DNA of 7,942 nucleotides from a virus (lineage: Duplodnaviria > Heunggongvirae > Uroviricota > Caudoviricetes), in IMG/VR virus record IMGVR_UViG_2529292910_000006; one strand, given 5' to 3'. Below, piece after piece: positions 1-6,246 of this stretch. The position numbers and the translations under genes are program-made. Below the pieces are notes generated by a model that saw only the letters and a program-made list of their open reading frames with translations, had not been told where the DNA came from and made no database searches. The stretch's first letter is position 1. The number at the start of each line of letters is the position of its first letter.

Positions 1-102
1 CTTCATGCGGATCCGCTGGCGTTCGAAGAAAAGCATGGTTCTCAGGTTGATTTAATTTTTCGTTTTCTTGATCACGCCTTTGCAACTGGCGTGCTTGGGT
101 AA
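1..102 (+). CDS. 3' end of an upstream prophage gene (partial, product not recognised; nin-region position)
   Basis: Frame 1 is open from the window edge to TAA at 100-102 (…FRFLDHAFATGVLG*). It lies 12 bp upstream of rusA, and the gap holds the rusA ribosome-binding site. Product is not recognised from this fragment. Confidence 0.35.
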   Translation, partial: LHADPLAFEEKHGSQVDLIFRFLDHAFATGVLG

Positions 103-114
103 AAGAGGTGACTG

Positions 115-489
115 ATGCTCATAGATTTGGTTTTACCTTACCCGCCGACGGTGAACACTTACTGGCGACGCCGTGGCAGCACATATTTTATCTCGGAGGA
201 GGGAAAGCGTTATCGCCGGGCTGTGGCGCTTATTGTTCGCCAGCAGCGGCTGAAATTAAGCCTGTCCGGAAGGCTGGCGATAAAGGTGATTGCAGAGCCA
301 CCGGATAAGCGTCGTCGCGACCTGGACAATATCCTGAAAGCACCGCTGGATGCGCTGACGCACGCGGGGTTGTTAATGGACGATGAGCAGTTTGATGAAA
401 TCAATATTGTACGTGGAAAGCCAGTATCTGGTGGACGTCTGGGGGTGAAGATTTACCCCATAATGCTTGAAGGGCAGGTCAAAAAATGA
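115..489 (+). CDS. rusA: Holliday junction resolvase RusA (crossover junction endodeoxyribonuclease)
   Basis: 124-aa ORF with AAGAGG ribosome-binding site at 103-108 and ATG at 115. The N-terminal LPYPPTVNTYWRRRG and the acidic catalytic block PDKRRRDLDNILKAPLDALTHAGLLMDDEQF match my recollection of E. coli RusA ([23 protein letters not shown]). Its TGA overlaps the next gene's ATG (ATGA at 486-489). Confidence 0.9.
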   Translation: MLIDLVLPYPPTVNTYWRRRGSTYFISEEGKRYRRAVALIVRQQRLKLSLSGRLAIKVIAEPPDKRRRDLDNILKAPLDALTHAGLLMDDEQFDEINIVRGKPVSGGRLGVKIYPIMLEGQVKK

Positions 490-1306
490 AACTGGAAGAT
501 TTACCGAAATACTACTCCCCAAAATCCCCTGGCCTGACCGATGCATCGGCCTCAACGTCAAAAGATGCGCTGAGTATCACTGATGTGATGGCCGCGCAGG
601 GCATGACACAGAATCGGGCTGAGATGGGGTTTTCTGCGTTCCTTGGGAAAATGGGCATTAGTATGAATGACAGAGAGCGGGCAACAGAATTGCTGACAGA
701 ATATGCACTCAGTCGGTGTGATCGCGTGGCGGCGTTAAGAAAACTCCCGGCAGAAATAAAACCGGCAGTAATGCGTATTATGGCTTCGTATGCGTTTGAA
801 GATTATGCCCGTAGCGCGGCGAGCAAAAAACAGTGCCCCTGCTGTCACGGAAAAAATTTATTGAAAGCGAGGTTTTTACAAACAAGATCCAGTATCCGGA
901 TGGTAAGCCGCCAGTGTGGGCAAAGTGCACAAAAGGCGTGTATCCGTCTTACTGGGAGGAATGGAAAAAAGTCAGGGAGGTGGTAAAAGTTGCCTGTCCG
1001 GAGTGTGGAGGGAAGGGAGAGGTATCCACTGCCTGTAAAGATTGTCGTGGGCGCGGTGTTGCCATTCATCGTGAAGAGTCGGAAAAACAGGGTGTGCCGG
1101 TTTTCAGAAACTGTCAGCGTTGTGGTGGGCGTGGCTATGAAAGATTACCTTCAACGGAGGCATTTAATGCCATATGTAATGTAACCGATGCCATATCTCT
1201 TGATACATGGAAAAAAACAGTTAAACGTTTTTACGATACGCTGGTGGTGCAGTTTGATATTGAAGAAGCATGGGCAGAACAACAACTGAAAAAGGTGACC
1301 AGATAG
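486..1306 (+). pseudogene. Lambdoid late antiterminator Q-like protein with CxxCxGxG zinc-finger repeats, interrupted by a -1 frameshift in an A6 tract (851-856)
   Basis: Sits directly after rusA and before a late-promoter/terminator pair. The N-terminal part (frame 0, MKLEDLPKYYSPKSP…CPCCHGK) turns into R/S/Q-rich translation after about 855, while frame 2 picks up from about 857 (KFIESEVF…CPECGGKG…CKDCRGRG…CQRCGGRG) and runs to TAG at 1304-1306. One extra A in the run at 851-856 would give a single ORF of about 272 aa. Alternative reading: two overlapping genes, 486-986 and 833-1306. Confidence 0.6.
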
Positions 1307-1311
1307 CTTTG

Positions 1312-1339
1312 TTGATTTTTCCCGAATCTGTGGTAAATT
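1312..1339 (+). promoter_or_regulatory. Candidate late promoter (pR'-like): -35 TTGATT, 16-bp spacer, extended -10 TGgTAAATT
   Basis: TTGATT at 1312-1317, TG at 1331-1332 and TAAATT at 1334-1339, immediately downstream of the Q stop and about 50 bp upstream of an intrinsic terminator. This is the canonical position of pR' in lambdoid phages. Confidence 0.45.
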
Positions 1340-1386
1340 TGCCCTAACGATGGGCGTTTTATGCCTGACGTTAGAAGATTTTTACA

Positions 1387-1409
1387 CCCGTCGCCAGGCG
1401 GGTTTTTTT
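1387..1409 (+). terminator. Rho-independent terminator (tR'-like) downstream of the late promoter
   Basis: Stem CCCGTC (1387-1392), loop GCCA, stem GGCGGG (1397-1402) with one G-U pair, followed by T7 (1403-1409). Confidence 0.6.
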
Positions 1410-1531
1410 ATGACTGAAATCACGCCAGTACAGTAAACGCGCTGGTGGCGGTGAATACCGGTCTTTCAGCTTGCTGGCTTTTTTGACAAGAGTTATTGGT
1501 GTGTCACGTTAACCGGAAAAGGGAAAAAGAC

Positions 1532-1729
1532 ATGCTGAAACAGCAGGATATGACCGAAACCGCCAGAGTGGTGTTTAATGAATTAAGTGCCACCGCACCG
1601 GCGACAGTCGGGGAGATTGCACAGAATACTTACCTCTCACGCGAACGCTGCCAGTTAATACTGACCCAGCTTGTTATGGCGGGTCTGGCAGACTATCAGT
1701 GCGGTTGTTACAGACGCCTTCAGTCCTGA
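1532..1729 (+). CDS. Small hypothetical protein (65 aa), accessory gene of unknown function
   Basis: ATG at 1532 preceded by AAGGG at 1519-1523; the ORF track also allows a GTG start at 1496. The protein (MLKQQDMTETARVVFNELSATAPATVGEIAQNTYLSRERCQLILTQLVMAGLADYQCGCYRRLQS) has a short helix-turn-helix-like central segment. Its stop codon is embedded in an intrinsic terminator. Confidence 0.5.
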   Translation: MLKQQDMTETARVVFNELSATAPATVGEIAQNTYLSRERCQLILTQLVMAGLADYQCGCYRRLQS

Positions 1730-1741
1730 AGGCTTTTTATT
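1716..1741 (+). terminator. Rho-independent terminator at the end of the small ORF
   Basis: Perfect 7-bp stem GCCTTCA (1716-1722) / TGAAGGC (1727-1733) with loop GTCC, followed by TTTTTATTT. Confidence 0.65.
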
Positions 1742-1762
1742 TGTGGTGAATGGGCGGCTGGT

Positions 1763-1770
1763 GGGGGGGG
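1763..1770. repeat. G8 homopolymer tract in the intergenic region upstream of the AraC-family gene
   Basis: GGGGGGGG at 1763-1770, about 30 bp upstream of the candidate -35 element. Confidence 0.9.
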
Positions 1771-1798
1771 CGACACCTGTCAGTCCTTTGCTTATGTG

Positions 1799-1829
1799 TT
1801 GATGATAATTTACCTTTTGGGGCTATAAT
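1799..1829 (+). promoter_or_regulatory. Candidate sigma70 promoter for the AraC-family gene
   Basis: TTGATG at 1799-1804 and a perfect TATAAT at 1824-1829, in an AT-rich stretch about 35 bp upstream of ATG 1865. The 19-bp spacer is longer than optimal. Confidence 0.3.
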
Positions 1830-1864
1830 TGAGCTAACCAATTGCTAATGAAAGTAAAATTATA

Positions 1865-2578
1865 ATGGCTGTTGTCTGTTCAGTTATCATGGTTTGCTCC
1901 CCAATTAATATTTTTCTTGAAAAGGATACGTTGTCACTTAAGCCAGGCTCAGTCGTTCTGGCCACCAAATGCATCAGGGAGCTTTTCCTTATGCATTATG
2001 ACAAAGTTAAAATTGTCGATATAAGCGAATCCGTCGTAAGTCAATATCTGGAAAGTCAGCATAAGCTGACGAGGACTCGTCTGACTGACATTCCGCTTTA
2101 CCTGTTGCTGGAACCCAACAATCCTGCGTTGGCTGCGGCTTTAATTACCAGCCAGGGATTTTCCGGAGAGGCCACGGATATGTTTCTTATGATGGCCTGC
2201 CTGTCTCTGTTTGAAACAGATGAACGGATGTCATTGTTTTTAAGTGGATGTTTATCCAGCATAAGTGTCAAAGTCAGGGCGATAATTCAGACAGATATAT
2301 CAGCAAGCTGGACGCTTGGTGCGATTGCTCTACAGTTGCATATGAGTGAGAGTTTGTTAAAGACAAAACTGAAAAATGAAGGGGGCATGTTCAGTCGCTT
2401 GTTGCTGGAAGAGCGGATGCGTGTTGCTGTAAATATGTTATGTTCCCGGTATGGATATGGACAGGCTGTAGCAGAAAAATGCGGTTATTCAAGCAGGTCC
2501 TACTTTATTTCTGTATTTCACCGCTATTATGGCTTCCCGCCAGACAGATATGTATCCAGGCAAGGGCTTGATTATTGA
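1865..2578 (+). CDS. AraC/XylS-family transcriptional regulator of the AppY/GadX-like group (prophage-borne, PatE/Psr-like)
   Basis: 237-aa ORF. The C-terminal AraC-type HTH (WTLGAIALQLHMSESLLKTKLKNEGGMFSRLLLEERMRVAVNMLCSRYGYGQAVAEKCGYSSRSYFISVFHRYYGFPPDRYVS) closely parallels the GadX C-terminus as I recall it (WTLARIASELLMSPSLLKKKLREEETSYSQLL…CGYHSVSYFIYVFRNYYGMTPTEY). The N-terminus MAVVCSVIMVCS…IRELF…KVKIVDISE resembles AppY (MDYVCSVVFICQ…IRREL…KLRIVDIDK). No recognisable Shine-Dalgarno sequence. Confidence 0.8.
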   Translation: MAVVCSVIMVCSPINIFLEKDTLSLKPGSVVLATKCIRELFLMHYDKVKIVDISESVVSQYLESQHKLTRTRLTDIPLYLLLEPNNPALAAALITSQGFSGEATDMFLMMACLSLFETDERMSLFLSGCLSSISVKVRAIIQTDISASWTLGAIALQLHMSESLLKTKLKNEGGMFSRLLLEERMRVAVNMLCSRYGYGQAVAEKCGYSSRSYFISVFHRYYGFPPDRYVSRQGLDY

Positions 2579-2606
2579 TTTTCATCTGATTATTATTTTT
2601 TTACCC

Positions 2607-2682
2607 GGCCCTTTAGCTCAGTGGTGAGAGCGAGCGACTCATAATCGCCAGGTCGCTGGTTCAAATCCAGCAAGGGCCACCA
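2607..2682 (+). tRNA. ileZ: tRNA with CAU anticodon, most like tRNA-Ile2 (lysidine) of the ileX/ileZ type; tRNA-Met not excluded
   Basis: 76 nt with 7-bp acceptor stem GGCCCTT/AAGGGCC, D arm GCTC…GAGC, anticodon loop CTCATAA, T loop TTCAAAT and encoded CCA. Near-identical in layout to E. coli ileX as recalled. Confidence 0.8.
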
Positions 2683-2689
2683 TCACATA

Positions 2690-2766
2690 CCGCCATTAGC
2701 TCATCAGGACAGAGCGCCAGCCTTCGAAGCTGGTTGCGCGGGGTTCGGGTCCCCGATGGCGGTCCA
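2690..2766 (+). tRNA. argN: tRNA-Arg (anticodon UCG)
   Basis: 77 nt with perfect 7-bp acceptor stem CCGCCAT/ATGGCGG, D stem GCTC/GAGC, perfect anticodon stem CCAGC/GCTGG with loop CTTCGAA, T stem CGGGG/CCCCG and encoded CCA. Seven-nt spacer from the previous tRNA. Confidence 0.75.
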
Positions 2767-2779
2767 TTATCGGTATTCA

Positions 2780-2856
2780 GCGTTGTTAGCTCAGCCGGAC
2801 AGAGCAATTGCCTTCTAAGCAATCGGTCACTGGTCCGAATCCAGTACAACGCGCCA
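2780..2856 (+). tRNA. argO: tRNA-Arg (anticodon UCU)
   Basis: 77 nt with acceptor stem GCGTTGT/ACAACGC, D stem GCTC/GAGC, anticodon stem ATTGC/GCAAT with loop CTTCTAA, T loop TCCGAAT and encoded CCA. Confidence 0.85.
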
Positions 2857-3143
2857 CACCACACTTATCTGCCCTGACTCTCTTTTGCGGGCTTTTTATT
2901 ACAGGAAAGACACCGGACAGTGAAATGTTAAATGCCTCACAATTCAGGCAGTTGACTGTTGCCTGACATGCTGAGCGTTTGTTAAAAAAATCCTGCATGA
3001 TGAATCCCCCTGAGCGGCGGGGCATAATGACAGATGTTTGGTTGCGTATTGTATAGGCAAGTTGCGGATTCTGTCTGGTCATTGCAGAATTCACCGGGAG
3101 GCACCCGGCATCATGCTGTATACAGAGATTAGGCATATATCCA

Positions 3144-3168
3144 GGCTCCTCATCGCAGGAGCCTTTTT
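3144..3168 (+). terminator. Rho-independent terminator (+ strand)
   Basis: Stem GGCTCCT (3144-3150) / AGGAGCC (3157-3163) with loop CATCGC, followed by TTTTT. Confidence 0.55.
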
Positions 3169-3174
3169 ACATGC

Positions 3175-3199
3175 AAAAAAAGCCCGAGTGGGTTCGGGC
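3175..3199 (-). terminator. Rho-independent terminator (- strand), forming a back-to-back pair with the + strand terminator
   Basis: On the minus strand: GCCCGA, loop ACCCAC, TCGGGC, followed by T7 (seen as A7 at 3175-3181 then GCCCGAGTGGGTTCGGGC on the + strand). Confidence 0.45.
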
Positions 3200-3259
3200 A
3201 ACAGCATGAGATACTTGCATTGTCATTTTTATCGTGTGGATTTTAACCAGGGTTTATAA

Positions 3260-3290
3260 GGCTGCGCAACTGCGCGGCCTTTTTCGTTTT
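3260..3290 (+). terminator. Rho-independent terminator (+ strand) about 90 bp upstream of nanS-p
   Basis: Stem GGCTGCGC (3260-3267) / GCGCGGCC (3272-3279) with one G-U pair and loop AACT, followed by TTTTTCGTTTT. Confidence 0.5.
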
Positions 3291-3377
3291 GCGGGCTGCG
3301 GTTCTCCTCTTTTGATTCTCCGTATAGCCGGACTGTGGCCCGCACTGTTGAGGAAAATCCCGGAAAGGGGAGGAATA

Positions 3378-5312
3378 ATGGCATTTAAACACTATGACGT
3401 GGTCAGGGCGGCGTCGCCGTCAGACCTTGCTGAACGACTGACTCAAAAACTGAGGGAGGGGTGGCAGCCATTTGGCAGTCCTGTCGCCATCACGCCTTAT
3501 ACCCTGATGCAGGCCATTGCGGCGGAAGGTGATGTCACCACACCTGTGGTGGTGAGGCCGTCGGATGGAGAAGGCACAGTTATCAGCACCACCAGCGAAC
3601 CGGAATATTACTATGTTGTCGTCCTTGCCGGTCAGTCCAATGGTATGGCTTTTGGCGAAGGGCTGCCGTTACCTGAAACCTATGACCGCCCTGAGCCGCG
3701 CATTATGCAGCTGGCGCGCCGTAGTACGGTGACGCCGGGGGGAGCTGCATGTGCGTACAATGATGTTATTCCAGCTGACCACTGTCTGCATGACGTCATT
3801 GATATGAGTGGATTCAACCACCCACGGGCCGACCTGACAAAGGGGCAGTATGGTTGTGTGGGGCAGGGGCTGCATATTGCCAAAAAGCTTCTGCCGTTCA
3901 TTCCGGTAAATGCAGGTATTCTCCTGGTTCCGTGCTGTCGTGGTGGCTCAGCATTCACCTCCGGAGATGATGGCGCATTTACTGAGTCTACCGGTGCTTC
4001 CGCCAGCTCAGCCCGCTGGGGAGTGGGTAAACCGTTGTATCAGGATTTTCTCTTCCGTACAAAAGCGGCGCTGTCGAAGAACCCGAAAAACAGGCTTCTG
4101 GCCGTGGTATGGATGCAGGGGGAAAATGATCTTGCGGACGGCAGTCAGCAGCACAGCGGCCTGTTTACCGCTATGGTGCAGCAGTTCAGGGCTGATATGG
4201 CAGCATATTCTGCACAGTGCGTTGGCGGAAGTGCTGGCTCGGTGCCGTGGATTTGCGGTGACACCACGTATTACTGGAAGAATCTTAACGCCGCTAAATA
4301 TGAGGCGGTATATGGCGGTTACAAGGGCAGGGAAGCACAGAATATTTTCTTTGTTCCTTTTATGACGGACAGCAGTGGTGCAAACACACCCACCAACAAT
4401 CCGTCAGAAGACCCGGATATTCCGGCATCAGGATATTACGGTGCAGCCTCCCGGACGTCGGAAAACTGGACGTCAGCAGACCGTGCGAGCCATTTCAGCT
4501 CATGGGCACGCAGGGGGATTATTTCTGACCGTCTGGCCTCAGCGATTCTTCTCCATGCAGGACGATCGGCTGAACTGGTGGGGGGACAGGTTGTGACGCC
4601 GCCGGATGAGAAGCCGTCACCGGACATACCATCAACACCGTCAACGGACGGGAAATCAGTGACAACGCTGCTTTCTTACCGTGCAGCAGAGTCAGATGGT
4701 TTACTGACTCCGCAGGGATGGGGTGCTGAAGGAGGGAGTGCAGCGGTAGTTGATGATGCAGGTGCTGCGGGAGGTAAGGCGCTGAGGCTGACCAAACAGG
4801 CAGGAAGGTCTTCGTGGTTTATGCAGCATGATGCCGGTAATGGCGCAGACCTTCTGGAGAAAGGCGGGCTTATCAGCTGTCGTTTTAAAGTTGATGGTGT
4901 GCTGTCTGCTAACCGTTATGCACTGGCGCTGTACTGGCCGGTTTCTTCATTGCCTCAGGGTGTCACACTGGAAGGTAATGCCGGTAACAATCTGCTGGCG
5001 TCGTTTTACGTACAGAGCGATGCCACAGACCTCAACGTGATGTACCACAAGGGTAACGCTGACCAGAACACGAAGCTGGGGTCATTCGGCGCATTTGACA
5101 ACGAATGGCATACGCTGGGCTTCCGTTTTGCCGGTAATAACAGCATTCAGGTGACGCCGGTGATTGATGGTCAGGATGGTGCACCGTTCATGCTGTCGCA
5201 GTCTCCGGTAGGTTCTTTTGCGGCAGACAAATTACGTGTAACGGATATCACAAAAGCGGCGACGTATACGGTGCTGATTGAAAGTATAACAGTGGAAGTG
5301 AATAACGCGTAA
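3378..5312 (+). CDS. nanS-p: Prophage sialate O-acetylesterase NanS-p (N-terminal DUF1737-like region plus SGNH/SASA esterase domain), 644 aa
   Basis: Strong ribosome-binding site GGAGG at 3368-3372 with ATG at 3378; the ORF track's longer 3234 start is an in-frame upstream extension. GQSNG esterase motif in VVVLAGQSNGMAFGEG (about 3630-3644). Size and position (after the tRNA triplet, before the holin) match the esterase gene found downstream of stx in Stx phages. Confidence 0.85.
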   Translation: MAFKHYDVVRAASPSDLAERLTQKLREGWQPFGSPVAITPYTLMQAIAAEGDVTTPVVVRPSDGEGTVISTTSEPEYYYVVVLAGQSNGMAFGEGLPLPETYDRPEPRIMQLARRSTVTPGGAACAYNDVIPADHCLHDVIDMSGFNHPRADLTKGQYGCVGQGLHIAKKLLPFIPVNAGILLVPCCRGGSAFTSGDDGAFTESTGASASSARWGVGKPLYQDFLFRTKAALSKNPKNRLLAVVWMQGENDLADGSQQHSGLFTAMVQQFRADMAAYSAQCVGGSAGSVPWICGDTTYYWKNLNAAKYEAVYGGYKGREAQNIFFVPFMTDSSGANTPTNNPSEDPDIPASGYYGAASRTSENWTSADRASHFSSWARRGIISDRLASAILLHAGRSAELVGGQVVTPPDEKPSPDIPSTPSTDGKSVTTLLSYRAAESDGLLTPQGWGAEGGSAAVVDDAGAAGGKALRLTKQAGRSSWFMQHDAGNGADLLEKGGLISCRFKVDGVLSANRYALALYWPVSSLPQGVTLEGNAGNNLLASFYVQSDATDLNVMYHKGNADQNTKLGSFGAFDNEWHTLGFRFAGNNSIQVTPVIDGQDGAPFMLSQSPVGSFAADKLRVTDITKAATYTVLIESITVEVNNA

Positions 5313-5326
5313 GCAGGATAAAAAAA

Positions 5327-5368
5327 TGCCGCCGGGGCAGGGAAAACAAGGAGCCAGAACCGGCGGCA
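5327..5368. repeat. Perfect 9-bp inverted repeat (TGCCGCCGG / CCGGCGGCA) with 24-nt spacer, just downstream of nanS-p
   Basis: 5327-5335 and 5360-5368 are exact reverse complements. No T-run follows, so this is not a canonical intrinsic terminator. Confidence 0.5.
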
Positions 5369-5462
5369 GAGGTCGCTACATCCTTAGCAAAAATATGCTG
5401 AGCAAAAAATGCAGGAGTTTTTTACTGGCAGGCATTAACCATGTCAATAATGGAGATGAATA

Positions 5463-5645
5463 ATGACATTTTTACAGCTGATTATGTTGTATTTCTGTAC
5501 AGCAGTTTGTGTGCTGTATCTTCTTTCTGGTGGGTACAGAGTCGTGAGAGATTTCTGGCGCAGACAGATTGACAAAAGGGCCGCTGAGAAAATCAGCGCC
5601 AGTCAGTCAGCCGGAACAAAACCCGAAGAGTCTCTCATTCCGTAG
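5463..5645 (+). CDS. Small hypothetical membrane protein (60 aa)
   Basis: GGAG at 5452-5455, 7 nt before ATG 5463. N-terminal hydrophobic helix (FLQLIMLYFCTAVCVLYLLSGG) followed by a basic/polar tail. Confidence 0.5.
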   Translation: MTFLQLIMLYFCTAVCVLYLLSGGYRVVRDFWRRQIDKRAAEKISASQSAGTKPEESLIP

Positions 5646-5682
5646 CAACTTTCTTAACAACACCTTTCAACGAGAAAATACC

Positions 5683-5952
5683 ATGTCAGAAATAAAATCG
5701 CTGGTCACTGCTGAAGCAGTGAAGGAAGTCCTGCGCTCTGAAGAAGTCAGAAGCGCACTGAAACAGCAACTTCGTCAGAATCTTGAGGCGCGTCTTGATG
5801 CTGAAGTGGATGCCATTCTGGATGAACTGCTGGGGGTACCGGCTGCTCCCGGGCCTGAAGACGGTGCGGGTGACAGTGCTGTTTCAGATGGTGTCGTGTC
5901 TCAGCCTGATGGTGGCAGTGAGCCTCAGCCTGACGGCGAAATGATGATGTAA
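5683..5952 (+). CDS. Hypothetical acidic protein (89 aa)
   Basis: ATG at 5683 inside the longer track ORF 5569-5952. Helical N-terminal half (…LRSEEVRSALKQQLRQNLEARLDAEVDAILDELLG) and acidic Pro/Gly/Asp-rich C-terminus ending MMM. Weak ribosome-binding site. Confidence 0.45.
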   Translation: MSEIKSLVTAEAVKEVLRSEEVRSALKQQLRQNLEARLDAEVDAILDELLGVPAAPGPEDGAGDSAVSDGVVSQPDGGSEPQPDGEMMM

Positions 5953-6027
5953 CCATGCGCAGGGGCTGTCGGTGTGAGCTGATGCCCCTCTTGTTGTTGT
6001 GAGCTTCCGGATTGCGGGAGACGGGGT

Positions 6028-6243
6028 ATGTACCAGATGGAAAAAATCACAACAGGTGTGTCATACACCACGTCAGCGGTGGGAACGGGCTACTGGTTCC
6101 TGCAGTTGCTGGACAGGGTTTCCCCGTCTCAGTGGGCGGCAATAGGCGTGCTGGGGAGTCTGCTGTTTGGTCTGTTGACGTACCTGACGAACCTGTATTT
6201 CAAAATCAGAGAGGACCGTCGTAAGGCGGCACGGGGAGAGTAG
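6028..6243 (+). CDS. S: Class II holin (phage 21 S-type pinholin), 71 aa, with dual-start motif
   Basis: GGGAG at 6016-6020 then ATG 6028 and a second in-frame ATG at 6037 (MYQMEK…). Two transmembrane segments and the charged C-terminus [13 protein letters not shown]. The sequence closely matches my recollection of S21 (…[25 protein letters not shown]…[22 protein letters not shown]). Confidence 0.9.
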   Translation: MYQMEKITTGVSYTTSAVGTGYWFLQLLDRVSPSQWAAIGVLGSLLFGLLTYLTNLYFKIREDRRKAARGE

Positions 6244-6246
6244 GTG

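Noticed and set aside
108-308. 66-aa + strand ORF starting with GTG and overlapping the rusA start
   Set aside because: It is in an alternative frame of rusA, which has a clear ribosome-binding site and family-conserved sequence.
210-561. Minus-strand ORFs 210-404 and 373-561 overlapping rusA and the start of Q
   Set aside because: They are antisense to well-supported genes and have low-complexity R/S-rich translations with no start context.
845-1184. Minus-strand ORF 845-1069 and + strand ORF 990-1184 inside the Q gene
   Set aside because: Both lie in alternative frames of the zinc-finger-bearing Q reading frame.
1483-1511. Consensus -35 hexamer TTGACA at 1483-1488 as a promoter for the small ORF
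   Set aside because: No acceptable -10 hexamer lies 16-18 bp downstream (ACGTTA/CACGTT), so I did not call a promoter. The ORF may be read from the upstream late promoter.
2661-3136. Minus-strand ORFs 2661-2864 and 2786-3136
   Set aside because: They run antisense through the tRNA genes, which have canonical cloverleaf structure and are far better supported.
3038-3259. 73-aa + strand ORF in the tRNA-to-nanS-p spacer, considered as a possible stx remnant or small gene
   Set aside because: It spans two hairpin terminators, has no ribosome-binding site and shows no toxin-like features. Only a database search could overturn this.
3234-3377. Longer N-terminal extension of nanS-p from the ORF-track start at 3234
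   Set aside because: The extension crosses a terminator hairpin and lacks a ribosome-binding site, whereas ATG 3378 has GGAGG at optimal spacing.
3669-5040. Internal and antisense ORFs within nanS-p (3669-3875 -, 3680-3958 -, 3910-4365 +, 4375-4596 +, 4436-4627 -, 4828-5040 +)
   Set aside because: All are alternative-frame or antisense ORFs within a long, well-supported esterase gene.
5569-5682. Longer start for the 89-aa protein from the track ORF at 5569
   Set aside because: It would overlap the preceding 60-aa ORF by about 75 nt. The internal ATG at 5683 gives a non-overlapping gene, though the start remains uncertain.
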